This document shows positions 22,201-33,068 of a stretch of 48,015 nucleotides of DNA, piece by piece. Position 1 is the first letter of the stretch. Each line of letters opens with the position of its first letter. The translations under genes and the position numbers were made by a program. The notes below the pieces were generated by a model, which saw nothing but the letters and a program-made list of their open reading frames with translations, was not told the DNA's origin and ran no database searches. This stretch comes from Chitinispirillales bacterium (GTDB lineage: Bacteria; Fibrobacterota; Chitinivibrionia; Chitinivibrionales; Chitinispirillaceae). The stretch spans positions 1 to 48,015 of the forward strand of contig JAITUP010000132.1 in the NCBI GenBank assembly GCA_031286265.1. The letters are read 5' to 3'.

Positions 22201-25098
22201 GATAACTTGGTCACTTCACCGCCTGTGGAGGTTGCTATCAGTTCCCATAATATCAATATCGGAGATGTGGGTAACCGTACCAGTGCGGATCTTAGTAATA
22301 AGAGTGCCACGACCAACGCCGATGGCATTGCCGAATTTCGTGCCCGCGTTACCTTTGGCGAGCAGCTTCAATTTTTCGATATGACGGCGCTTCTCCCCGG
22401 GCACGCAAACCCTCCTTCAACGCAGGATATCGCCCGATTGAGGGTTGGGCGTCCGCTCAATGCGCTAATGGTGTTTTTCTCGGACGGTTTCCAGTATGGC
22501 CCCGGCGGCGACACGGTACTGGTAGGCGGCGTTCCCGCAGTCAACCAGAATCCCAACTGGAACGAATATTGGAACGATATGCGTGAGATAAACGAGCAGA
22601 TTAGCGAAACACGCCACATGATAATAATTAAGGCGGCTTCTCCGGATGGTGTGATTACCGAATGGGGAGGCGCTACTACCGGCCCGCGCTGGGTTCGGGT
22701 GACTCCCGATGAGCCCACACCCGGTGAATTCGTACGTCTTTTTGCCGGGCCGACAGGCGGTGAACCGACCAACGTGTTCACGGTTCAGCCTGGCGGCTAT
22801 GCCGTTGCATGGATCGCCCCAAATACGAGCAGAACCTCGGACATTCACACTAGTGTAACCGTTAACCCATGCCGGGATGCGGCTTGCACACAACCGGATA
22901 CCGACTTGGAGCCCGGTTGGCGTGGTAACATAAGATTCTTCCCGTCCGATATGAACGTACGCTACGGCGCTGTGTTCGCCGCCAACAATGGAAACGGCAG
23001 ACCGGACTCTCTTATGTTCCGCTTTGAGGATCAGTCGGAAGGCGACATCAGAGGCTTCCTGGATCCGAGCGGCGGCATCCCTGCGCCGCGAAGTGTGACT
23101 TTCTACTGGCCAAGGCATAATTCCGCTGCCGCTTCCTACGAGCGCAGGCAGGAGATAACGGTGACGACAAACCAAGCGCCTACCGCCACCACCGGTTGCT
23201 TCAATTTTGAAGTGGGCGGATTTGACTTGGGCGTCAGTCTCACCAACAGCGCTTGCAACGTTATTGTTAGGGATGTCCATGGCGAGGTAGTGCCTGGAGG
23301 CGTCGGTGCGATTCACAACGGATACACTAACATTGACGGTGGCGCAAACAGATTTGCCACGCTGGCCTTAATGGGTACTGAGGAAGGTGAAGAAGGTCGT
23401 GTCTTTACCGGATTTTCTGTTTACGATGGTCTGGGTCCCATAATAGCCTTGACCAACGAGGGCCAAACTTTGGTTGATAATGGTATAGTCGGCAGACGTA
23501 GCCCCGGTATCGTTGAAAATCTCAACAGTTGCGCGGTAAATCCGGCGAATCCGGATTGCCAGTCTGACGTACTCAGAATTCAGACAACGGAAGCAATTAG
23601 AGGGGCGTTAATCGGTAATGCCTATGTCGGTAACAACATCATACAGATGTTGGAACTTGATGACAGCGCTAACCCGAATGCCCCATACAACGCCGGTGCC
23701 GGTGCTCAGAATTTGATAATTACCGGCGTGGGCTCTCGCTTGCACAGCTACAGCAATGAACTCTGGCTGACGCTTGCGGACAACAGCCCCGCTCCGAGGC
23801 TTGAGGATGGCGCGTCGCCGGGCAGAAGTTTTTGGATACGCCTTAATCCGGAATCGGATAACGGCTTTGAAGATTTTGCCCAAAACGCTCCTAACTGGCC
23901 GGAGAACATGCGGCCGCACCCGCAGAACCGCTGGGTACAGGTGGTCTTGATACCTACCCCACCGGCGATTAACCCCGGCGCGTGGTACACGAGCGACGAC
24001 AGAACCGGCTTCCTCGACACGGCGGTAGTGGTGTTCAATAAGCCGGGCAATATTCAAGATTGGCTTGTGGGTGGAAGCCTCAGACTTGGAAGCGGAGGGA
24101 CCGATGAACGTGAGGTTACGTACGCTGATATAGGCACGAACATCCGTTGGTTAGGCGGTGGCGGCAGAGACTCCATCTTGGTGATTGACCTTCAGTGGCT
24201 CCATAGGAGTAGGACCGGGTTGGTCACGACATCCGGTGTTCCACAGCTCTTTATTACCTTCAGCCCCGGAATGGGATGGGATGTGCTAACAACTCCCCTC
24301 GCAGACCACGCATCGCCGGTTCTCGCAAACGATCGCGACAACAATACGGATAATCCGCGCGTGGCCCTGCTGACTTTCAGCCCGGTTGGAGATAACGACC
24401 AACCAATCGGCAACGACACGCTCAGGGTAAGGTTCAGCGAGCCTGTCGACTTTGCGGGAAGGATCAACATTTTGCAGTTGCATGTGCACAGTACCGGTCA
24501 GGTGATACCCTTGCCTATTGGAGATCGGCACATTCGGACTGTTGGCGCGGGCGGACAATTCATAGAGGCTACGTTTGAGCTTGATCCGCAAGTTTTGGCG
24601 GGTATCAATCTCACATCCGGGTTGGATAGTCTGCGTATTATCCCGGATGAGATCCGAGATGTGGCCACGGACCCGAATTGGCAGATGCACCCTGAAAACC
24701 GCGCGGTGCCGCTTGTTCTCGACTACAAGTCCAACTGGACAGACGTCGCTAAGAACAACCCCGGCAGAAACGATCCCGACAGGCGCTTTGAGATCGTAAT
24801 CAATCGCGGCATCGGAAACGTGTTGCAGGAGTTCACCGCGGAGTTTGTCTTATACAACAATATGGGTAACGTTGTATTAAGGGAAAAAATTGATATGCAA
24901 ACCGATCCGGAAAGAGCGCGCGGTTCTTCGCTCGTGTGGAGTTGGGACGGCCGTAACCATCGTGGCCGCCTTGTGGGCACCGGCACCTATCTCCTCCGCG
25001 CCAACATCATCTCGGATGTCATAACCGAGGGCGGCGCGGTCGACATGAGTCAACGCGACACCCACACAATCAACCGCCTGATCGGATTCGTGAGATAA
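19285..25098 (+). CDS. Giant secreted protein (1937 aa) with parallel beta-helix region and FlgD-Ig/T9SS-like C-terminal domain
   Basis: Signal peptide MSTKQLSAILLVIALFAMSAFAQ. Beta-helix-like repeats (NIIIDGIRVDGGG, GIAVTNSGSVIIRNVEVVNAAHGIYV). C-terminal WSWDGRNHRGRLVGTGTYLLR motif. AAGGAG RBS. Confidence 0.85.
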   Translation: MSTKQLSAILLVIALFAMSAFAQRPCPPTADICVSQNMMGPGNLNGDEAHFTSIQTAVNAAQPGQVIEILDTAVYTEQVLIFGMENPGPNDNVAAPVGVTGGKNGITIRYTPVGGWSTNGPLAGGHSRPTILHRDMANISPQNQTQAQNEGLSLNHSGNFHTNGALRIIAAQNIIIDGIRVDGGGRFTYGTSDLGGWDLAHGNAGIAVTNSGSVIIRNVEVVNAAHGIYVCDRNIGGVFANRNPHDNIPSIPLGNYGQMGNHIFEYNRIHQNNVGMYFHSVWDLGSTIRFNLIFDNFITVPWGNQGPEDQRRGGGIRTRDMRQTPLTIHNNTFHNNRVHIEGAWQSGNQHLQYNNIYGSTNNLGSAGVNHPDDGCAGTDSKNIRCFTRTMHASVMAASPTGQNQNYQYELQEGNGTPQDPCQYWNPRVGAGWPLVLQSCVNFPHALFPPIRNACQAQFPSGQQLSAAGLTISPPPPIGTHTVTSPVTGDTVPAPCWMFIQGMSGPGSGTAPGTVIPNFLSNSVYWLQVGGEYGQPLLFQSTNPNASNFLHPTWSGGGVGTPEAQALVGSHIEAQGWLSAVAPGAQRPDLGAIQRSGWQPTITARIHSPFPVVVANNGNPNVTNPELTLMFHLTVEDENGRHVTLENAQIHFMRWNTVTCRSNPQPWNPSEIACDGAANVNIGAPVAPTVSPNIISNGVTTFNQQFTGTLPLEPSIGYYEIIVRGTVDGQTVVSNVGILPYRRLEHQIVMGVYNSSDATVELTSIQAGQAAELRVRVQGPVGTQSLPPLHRVDYSLTSNTLAEMWCGTHQPAGGGSPGTGRCTPGTVQGLPNIYARRPDLTGRPLRQDNNILGINSNVPVVVRYPIFFTRAGNETIYASGEICQMPLNNLGNCPDGQAIQFLGIKTITVTPGPAERVGFVSPMPRSQLEDPFGEGACRRLDEGGPGPGVCHNATTISRGLTGYPVDVEVQDRFDNLVTSPPVEVAISSHNINIGDVGNRTSADLSNKSATTNADGIAEFRARVTFGEQLQFFDMTALLPGHANPPSTQDIARLRVGRPLNALMVFFSDGFQYGPGGDTVLVGGVPAVNQNPNWNEYWNDMREINEQISETRHMIIIKAASPDGVITEWGGATTGPRWVRVTPDEPTPGEFVRLFAGPTGGEPTNVFTVQPGGYAVAWIAPNTSRTSDIHTSVTVNPCRDAACTQPDTDLEPGWRGNIRFFPSDMNVRYGAVFAANNGNGRPDSLMFRFEDQSEGDIRGFLDPSGGIPAPRSVTFYWPRHNSAAASYERRQEITVTTNQAPTATTGCFNFEVGGFDLGVSLTNSACNVIVRDVHGEVVPGGVGAIHNGYTNIDGGANRFATLALMGTEEGEEGRVFTGFSVYDGLGPIIALTNEGQTLVDNGIVGRRSPGIVENLNSCAVNPANPDCQSDVLRIQTTEAIRGALIGNAYVGNNIIQMLELDDSANPNAPYNAGAGAQNLIITGVGSRLHSYSNELWLTLADNSPAPRLEDGASPGRSFWIRLNPESDNGFEDFAQNAPNWPENMRPHPQNRWVQVVLIPTPPAINPGAWYTSDDRTGFLDTAVVVFNKPGNIQDWLVGGSLRLGSGGTDEREVTYADIGTNIRWLGGGGRDSILVIDLQWLHRSRTGLVTTSGVPQLFITFSPGMGWDVLTTPLADHASPVLANDRDNNTDNPRVALLTFSPVGDNDQPIGNDTLRVRFSEPVDFAGRINILQLHVHSTGQVIPLPIGDRHIRTVGAGGQFIEATFELDPQVLAGINLTSGLDSLRIIPDEIRDVATDPNWQMHPENRAVPLVLDYKSNWTDVAKNNPGRNDPDRRFEIVINRGIGNVLQEFTAEFVLYNNMGNVVLREKIDMQTDPERARGSSLVWSWDGRNHRGRLVGTGTYLLRANIISDVITEGGAVDMSQRDTHTINRLIGFVR

Positions 25099-25130
25099 GG
25101 ATCGGCGCACGGGTGTAGTCATTTTGCAAA

Positions 25131-25175
25131 GGGGCGGCCAAAGGAAAAGGCCGCCCCTTATTTTGTTGTTTTTTT
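25131..25175 (+). terminator. Rho-independent terminator after the giant gene
   Basis: GGGGCGGCC-AAAGGAAAA-GGCCGCCCC, a perfect 9-bp stem, followed by TTATTTTGTTGTTTTTTT. Confidence 0.85.
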
Positions 25176-25245
25176 GGATAGACTTTAGGTGGGGCGTTAC
25201 GGGGGAGCGCATTTTGCGCCCCGTCCCCCGAGAAAGACTTTTAAA
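25176..25245. repeat. R1 element fragment, copy E (solo end)
   Basis: GGGGCGTTACGGGG...CCCCGTCCCCCGAGAAAGACTTTTAAAAG resembles the R1 hairpin end plus AAAGATTTT-type flank. GATAGACTTTAGGTGG resembles the inverted 134-147/43801-43818 block. Confidence 0.6.
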
Positions 25246-25256
25246 AGAGAGACTAT

Positions 25257-26213
25257 ATGAAAAAAGTAATAGGCATTGATTTAGGCGGAACGTCTATAAA
25301 AGGCGTTGTCATGGGCGAGGACGGCGCGTACGGTGAGGCCTTGCGCATACCGACCGAGGCTTACAAGGGCGGCGAGCATGTTCTCGCGAGCATAATGAGC
25401 CTGATTGGCGAACTCTTAGGAACCGTGGGTGACCAGCCTGTGGCTGGCGTAGGCATAGGTACGCCGGGCTTCGTAGACGGCGACGGCACAATCCTCGGCG
25501 GTGCGGAAAACCTGCCCGGCTGGAAAGGAGTGCAGATTTATGCGCCCATCACCGAACGCTATGGCCTCCCGGTGGCCGCCGCCAACGATGTAACCGCGGT
25601 AGCTCTCGCCGAACTCAAATTCGGCGCGGGGCGCGGTGTCAAAAACATTGTTTGCTTCGCTCTTGGTACCGGTGTAGGCGGCGGGATAGTCATAGACGGA
25701 AAGCTATACGCCGGTTCGCACGGTATGGCCGGTGAGCTTGGGCACATAGTGGTAGAAACCGGCGGTCTTCAGTGCGCGTGCGGCCAAAACGGCTGCCTCG
25801 AACGTTACTCGTCCGCCACCGGCATAGTACGCCTCGCCATAGATTACGCGTCGTCGGCCGATGTCGATACCCCGTTTGCGCGGCTTGTCCGCAAAAATCC
25901 CGCGGAGATAACGGCAAAAATAGTATACGAATATGTGGCTCAGGCAGATTCGCTCGCCATGAAAGTTCACCATACCGCTTGCGAAATGCTCGGCCGTGCC
26001 GCCGGTATAATGATGAACGCCCTTTCGCCCGACCGGATAGTTTTGGGCGGCGGCGTGATGATGGCCGGCGACATAATAACAAATACCGTGAAAACTTATG
26101 CCGCCCGTTCGGCTTGGCCCGCGATATTCGAAAGATGCGAAGTCGTTCCGGCGCAAATGGGCGAAGACGCGGGGGTGATGGGGGCGGGGGCCTTGGCCCT
26201 GGAAAGATTTTGA
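25257..26213 (+). CDS. ROK-family sugar kinase (glucokinase-like)
   Basis: IGIDLGGTSIKG ATP-binding motif and CACGQNGCLE zinc motif typical of ROK kinases. Confidence 0.85.
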   Translation: MKKVIGIDLGGTSIKGVVMGEDGAYGEALRIPTEAYKGGEHVLASIMSLIGELLGTVGDQPVAGVGIGTPGFVDGDGTILGGAENLPGWKGVQIYAPITERYGLPVAAANDVTAVALAELKFGAGRGVKNIVCFALGTGVGGGIVIDGKLYAGSHGMAGELGHIVVETGGLQCACGQNGCLERYSSATGIVRLAIDYASSADVDTPFARLVRKNPAEITAKIVYEYVAQADSLAMKVHHTACEMLGRAAGIMMNALSPDRIVLGGGVMMAGDIITNTVKTYAARSAWPAIFERCEVVPAQMGEDAGVMGAGALALERF

Positions 26214-28256
<2,043 letters not shown>

Positions 28257-28257
28257 C

Positions 28258-29802
28258 ATGAGTTCTTCAACAAAATACGATGATTTGATTTCAGGCCTGA
28301 ATCCCGGACAGTTAGCTGCCGTTACCGCGCCTAATGAGGGGTCGCTTCTTGTGTTGGCCGGGGCGGGGTGCGGGAAGACCGCTGTGTTAACGCGGCGCAT
28401 TGCTTTCCTCTCGCGCTCTGGGGTGTTACCATCGCGTGTCTGTGCGCTTACATTTTCGCGTAAGGCGGCGGAAGAAATGGCGGAGCGTCTTGTGAAGATC
28501 GAGCCGGCTTGCGGGGGGCGGGATGGGACACTTGTTACTACATTTCACGCGTTTGCGCTGCGAACGCTCTCTGAAGAGATCGACGGGCGGCGTAATTTCA
28601 ACAGGATTGGTTTTCGCGGTGACGCCGTGCTGATGAATACGCGGCAGCGGTTTGAGGTGTTGTCGCATGTTAGCACTACGCTAGTGCGCAAAACGCTGCG
28701 CATGAGCATTATTGAGCTCAGCGCCGCGCTTGAGCTTTTGTCGTCGTTTCCCGAAAGAGCTTCCGAAAAATGGGGCGATGTCGATGCCAAACTATTGATG
28801 AAGATAGAGAGTGATTTTTCGGCTGTGCGTCGGGAGCGGGGGCTGTGGGATTTTTCGGACTTGATAAGCGGCTGCCTTGAGCTGTTCAAAAATTTCCCGC
28901 ACATCGCGTCTGTTTATACCAACCGTTTCGACGCTATTTTGGTCGATGAATTCCAGGATACGAATCCGATGCAAATAGATTTACTGGAAGTATTGTTGGG
29001 AGCGGGGGAGCGTGGAACGGATTTTGATCGTAGTCATATCAATAAAAATAACGCGACTTTATATGCCGTAGGCGACGACGATCAGGCGATATACGGCTTT
29101 CGCGGCGCGGACATCAGGCCGATAATGAATTTCACATCGCGGTTTGAAAACGCACGCATCATCAAGTTAGAAATCAACTACAGAAGCATAGAATCGATAC
29201 TGAATTGCGCCAACAAGCTCTGGGTAAACAAGCCGCCGGAATACAGAAAGACGCTTGTTTGTGGATTATCATCACCTCCCACAGGTTGCCGCAAGCCGCA
29301 GATCATGCGCTTCGGCACTCAAACTCAGGCGCTCGAATGGATACTTGGCAAGGCGCGTTTCATCTGCCGCCGGGAGAATATCCCGATCACTGAAATGGCG
29401 CTGCTGTTCCGCCTCAACGATACGCTGACTGCGGTAGCGGATCATTTTAAGGAACTGGGAATATCAGACGATGAAATACCGCAATTTCTAACCGTCCACG
29501 CCAGCAAGGGCCTCGAATATCCGGTAGTGTTTTTATGTGATTTGGAGGATGGCATTTTTCCGCACTACAGAATGCGCAAAGAGCGCGCCATTGAGTCATG
29601 GACAGGATTGTTGATGGCGTTGGTCAAACACAAAAAACCGTATATTGACCCTGCTTGCGATTTCGACGAGGAACTCCGCTTATTTTATGTAGGCGTTACC
29701 CGCGCCCGGCGTTTCCTGTTTTTTGTTACCGCCTTCCAAAAACCGTTCTACGGCCGCATGATGAATTTCATCCCGTCGCGTTTTTTAAAATTGGTTAAGT
29801 GA
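28258..29802 (+). CDS. UvrD/PcrA-like superfamily 1 DNA helicase (short form)
   Basis: Walker A AGAGCGKTAVL, motif II VDEFQDTN and C-terminal YVGVTRAR. Start is taken at ATG 28258, directly after the ligA stop. The track ORF starts at 28240. Confidence 0.8.
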   Translation: MSSSTKYDDLISGLNPGQLAAVTAPNEGSLLVLAGAGCGKTAVLTRRIAFLSRSGVLPSRVCALTFSRKAAEEMAERLVKIEPACGGRDGTLVTTFHAFALRTLSEEIDGRRNFNRIGFRGDAVLMNTRQRFEVLSHVSTTLVRKTLRMSIIELSAALELLSSFPERASEKWGDVDAKLLMKIESDFSAVRRERGLWDFSDLISGCLELFKNFPHIASVYTNRFDAILVDEFQDTNPMQIDLLEVLLGAGERGTDFDRSHINKNNATLYAVGDDDQAIYGFRGADIRPIMNFTSRFENARIIKLEINYRSIESILNCANKLWVNKPPEYRKTLVCGLSSPPTGCRKPQIMRFGTQTQALEWILGKARFICRRENIPITEMALLFRLNDTLTAVADHFKELGISDDEIPQFLTVHASKGLEYPVVFLCDLEDGIFPHYRMRKERAIESWTGLLMALVKHKKPYIDPACDFDEELRLFYVGVTRARRFLFFVTAFQKPFYGRMMNFIPSRFLKLVK

Positions 29803-31213
29803 CGGGTTGTTTAACCTCCGATTTGGGGGCTGCTTCCGCTTTCCCCAGTTTTATTTTGTTTGACACAAACATTATTATGCCCAAAATTATAAACAGGAAT
29901 ATACTGCCGAAAAGCAGGGCGAAATCCTGTATTTGCAAAATTACATACAGGAAAGTGTAAAGCGTAATCATAATGCCGCCGAGAATTAAAGTGGCGGCGG
30001 CTTGCCTTATCAGGGAGTTAAAATAGACGGTTATCATCAATACGGTCGCGGCGCTCGCTATCAGATACGCCCAACCGAAACCGACCTGTTCCGAAAATGA
30101 AAGCAATAGGCTGTAAAACAGTATAAGCGCGATGCCGACGAGTATATATTGGAAAAACAATATCGGTTTTTTTGTGAAGATTTCTGCAAAAAAGAACACG
30201 ACAAAAGTGAGCGCGATAAACATCAAGGCATATTTCGCGGAGCGCATGTTCTGCTGATAGTGATCGACGGTTCTGATAAGGTTTACGCCAAAAGAACTAT
30301 TCCTCAAATTAACGGTAGTGCCGTGCGACCATGTCGCTGGGATTTCGCGGTTGAAGCTTAAAACGTTCCAAGTAGCGCTAAACTGCCTGCTATCAATTTC
30401 CGATTCGGGTGAAAAGCTGCCGATAAACGAAGGGGAAGGCCATTGCCCGTTAACGGTAACTTCGGTGCTTTGCCCCAATGGGATAAAATTGAGCGAGCTA
30501 CTGCCGTTCAGCCTCATGGTGCCATTGAAACCGAGCGTTTGCGGCAGACTGTCGGCTGATAAATTGAGGTTTTTCAAATCTACAACTAGGGTTTTACCCG
30601 GAATATTTCTGGTAAGTTCTCTGTTAGACGAGCGTGAACCTGTCGAAATTTGCTCGCCGTGATCCCCAGAAACCGAAAAAAGACTTATTGCTCCAACATC
30701 CGCTTCCAGCGCTTTACCGTCAATCCTGAAATCGGGATTTTGAGTGACGCCTTTCAGGTCGGTTATACCGATAGCGATTTGGGCTTTGTCGAAGTGAAAT
30801 ACGCTGTTTTCAATTGCCAGATCGGCAAGGCCCGAGAATTTACCTTCAAAATGGATTTCGCTTCTGTACAAAATGGCTCTGTAGATTCCGTAATAACGCT
30901 CTTCCGGCATAAGCGAAACGTTGATTTTCAGCTCTTTGGGGGTAACGTAGAGCATATTTGCTACGGAATGGGGGTTTTGATCTGTATCAAGCCTTGTGGT
31001 GGTATAGGGGATGAGCAGAAGCGGCGCGCATAACGTCTGCGAAAGGCTCCACCTCTCATTGATCAGCTGAATGGCTTCGCGGCTGCGCTCCTGCCGTTCC
31101 TTGATCAGACTCTGAATCATCGTGCCGGGGATAAGCAAAAGCATAATCAGCACGGCGATCGTAATTCCCTTAAATGTAAGGGACTGCGTGATTTTTGTTT
31201 TTATAGTTTCCAT
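29795..31213 (-). CDS. creD: Cell envelope integrity inner membrane protein CreD
   Basis: N-terminal TM then ERQERSREAIQLINERWSLSQTLCAPLLLIPY and a C-terminal multi-TM block, the CreD layout. Start at ATG 31213 with GGAG 5 nt upstream. An in-frame extension to 31336 is possible. Confidence 0.75.
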   Translation of the reverse strand: METIKTKITQSLTFKGITIAVLIMLLLIPGTMIQSLIKERQERSREAIQLINERWSLSQTLCAPLLLIPYTTTRLDTDQNPHSVANMLYVTPKELKINVSLMPEERYYGIYRAILYRSEIHFEGKFSGLADLAIENSVFHFDKAQIAIGITDLKGVTQNPDFRIDGKALEADVGAISLFSVSGDHGEQISTGSRSSNRELTRNIPGKTLVVDLKNLNLSADSLPQTLGFNGTMRLNGSSSLNFIPLGQSTEVTVNGQWPSPSFIGSFSPESEIDSRQFSATWNVLSFNREIPATWSHGTTVNLRNSSFGVNLIRTVDHYQQNMRSAKYALMFIALTFVVFFFAEIFTKKPILFFQYILVGIALILFYSLLLSFSEQVGFGWAYLIASAATVLMITVYFNSLIRQAAATLILGGIMITLYTFLYVILQIQDFALLFGSIFLFIILGIIMFVSNKIKLGKAEAAPKSEVKQPVT

Positions 31214-31571
31214 TTTAACTCCGTGAGTTTTATTAAAGATGATAGATATCAGCCACACCGCAAAATGCAGCGTCGCGGCAATTACAGTAATTGCAAGAAC
31301 ATAAAAAACAAGATCAAAAATAAATGAATTCGTCATTTTATGCCGCTTTCGTGATATATAGTGGTTTCACTTTAAAATTGCACCACCACAAGGTAATATA
31401 CTTCACTGAAATTAAAAATTTTAAATTATTTTTTAATTTTGCTTTTTTATTTACCCGTAATCTATATTATAGGTAATTCACGTTGTATCCGCGGCGCCCT
31501 GCCGCTTGCGTTGTACTCTCCCAAAATAACCAATTCTCAAAATTTTAACCTCTCGAGGAAGGGGGCGTATT

Positions 31572-32882
31572 ATGTCTTTTCATTGTTTTTTCCGTCGTCG
31601 CGGTGTCATTTTTCCCTCCGCGCTATTAGTTTTAACGTATGCATTGTTCCTTTTTTGCACGGGCAAATCCAATCCCGTTGATGACAGCGGGAAGACCGGT
31701 ATGATTGAAATCCGGGCGCGTGTTGCCAACTTGTCGTCGTCGCTTGACAAGACCGCCGAGGTTGATGGCATTGCACAGACCGTCGCGGAGAGATTGATTG
31801 TGGAGATTAGCGGGGCGGATATCGCGCCTATACGGTTCGAACGCCATCTCGATTTCTCGCGGCCTACGATACTCGACAGCATCTTGAACGTGCCGATTGG
31901 GAGGAATCTCAGTGTCGAGATCTGGGCGGTTGACGAAAATGGTGCGGCAACGCACATCGACACGCTCGAAAACCAAACGGTAAACATCGAAGCCGGAGTA
32001 GTCACGCCGGTATTCGCGACGCTGATACCGGCGGCGGGGTCGATCTATCTGCAATTTATCGGGCTTCCGACCAATAGCTCAGTACACGCCGATTTCATTT
32101 CGTTCGATGGGGCATTTGAAACGGAGGCTACGGTTAACAGAGCCACAAGAACATTCTTAAATCTCGACGGTATTCCGCATCTTACCGCCGGAACTTTGAC
32201 GGTGACTATCTACAGCCAGGCCAACGCCGGCGGCGATATACTCCGCATAGCGAGCTGCGAACTAACTTTTAACGCACGTAGCGATAATTCCATTGATTTG
32301 GAATTTTCGCCTTACCATACCGGAATGTCGTTTGATCTTATTGTTTATGAACCGGGTGTTACCACAGGCTCATACGATTATGGAAACGATAACTCAAGCG
32401 TTGTCGAAACCGGGGAGCTAATTATCACCGAGATTATGTGGAGCGCGGGTAACAGTAACTATATTGAACTTTATAATATTCAGAATGAAGCGCTCTTTTT
32501 TGACACATTGATAGTTGACGTCAATAATAACACGAATCGTTTCACCAATATAGAAATCGCGCCTCATGCCTATTTTGTCATAGGTCGTCAGGATATGCCG
32601 CATGTCGATGTCTATGCGTCATCGACCAGCGCGTTTGCCATCACTTCCACAGGAAACTGGATAACCGTGAAGCGTAAGGACGGCACGGTGATAGACAGAG
32701 TAATCTGCGGCGGTACGGGCAACACAACGGGCTGGCCGACCATGTCGTCGACAGCAAGGCGTTCAATCGAACTCGCAAAAGATAAATACAACGCGATCGA
32801 TAACAATTTCGGTAAAAATTGGCACATAACAACCGGCGGCCTAATCCCGGGGACGACGGAATACGGTACGCCAGGGTATTAA
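31572..32882 (+). CDS. Lipoprotein with C-terminal lamin-tail-domain (LTD)
   Basis: Signal/lipobox-like ALFLFC|TG. C-terminal LIITEIMWSAGNSNYIELYN...NWITVKRKDGTVIDRV matches the LTD pattern. Confidence 0.7.
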   Translation: MSFHCFFRRRGVIFPSALLVLTYALFLFCTGKSNPVDDSGKTGMIEIRARVANLSSSLDKTAEVDGIAQTVAERLIVEISGADIAPIRFERHLDFSRPTILDSILNVPIGRNLSVEIWAVDENGAATHIDTLENQTVNIEAGVVTPVFATLIPAAGSIYLQFIGLPTNSSVHADFISFDGAFETEATVNRATRTFLNLDGIPHLTAGTLTVTIYSQANAGGDILRIASCELTFNARSDNSIDLEFSPYHTGMSFDLIVYEPGVTTGSYDYGNDNSSVVETGELIITEIMWSAGNSNYIELYNIQNEALFFDTLIVDVNNNTNRFTNIEIAPHAYFVIGRQDMPHVDVYASSTSAFAITSTGNWITVKRKDGTVIDRVICGGTGNTTGWPTMSSTARRSIELAKDKYNAIDNNFGKNWHITTGGLIPGTTEYGTPGY

Positions 32883-32890
32883 TTTTTGGA

Positions 32891-32925
32891 GGGAACAGGG
32901 GGAAATCCCCATTGGGTCCCTTTTT
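32891..32925 (+). terminator. Weak terminator candidate after the LTD gene
   Basis: GGGA..GGGG-GAAAT-CCCC..TCCC interrupted stem followed by TTTTT. Confidence 0.3.
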
Positions 32926-32938
32926 CAATCAAAGGGTA

Positions 32939-33028
32939 GGGGTCTGTCTCAAAAGTCGTCATTGCGGGCTTGACCCGCAATGACGGGGTGGGCTGGGCGC
33001 TCGCAATGACGGCTTTTGAGACAGCCCC
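32939..33028 (-). repeat. Palindromic repeat family P, copy 3 (stand-alone, opposite orientation to copy 2)
   Basis: Aligns along its length to the reverse complement of 17889-17975. Ends 41 nt upstream of the Rpn-family gene. Confidence 0.9.
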
Positions 33029-33068
33029 TCACCCGAAATAATAAAAAATTCTCTAAGAGACGGAAAGC

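Noticed and set aside
31214-31336. 41-codon in-frame N-terminal extension of creD
   Set aside because: The internal ATG 31213 has GGAG at ideal spacing, and the product then starts like CreD proteins. The extension cannot be excluded but is unsupported.
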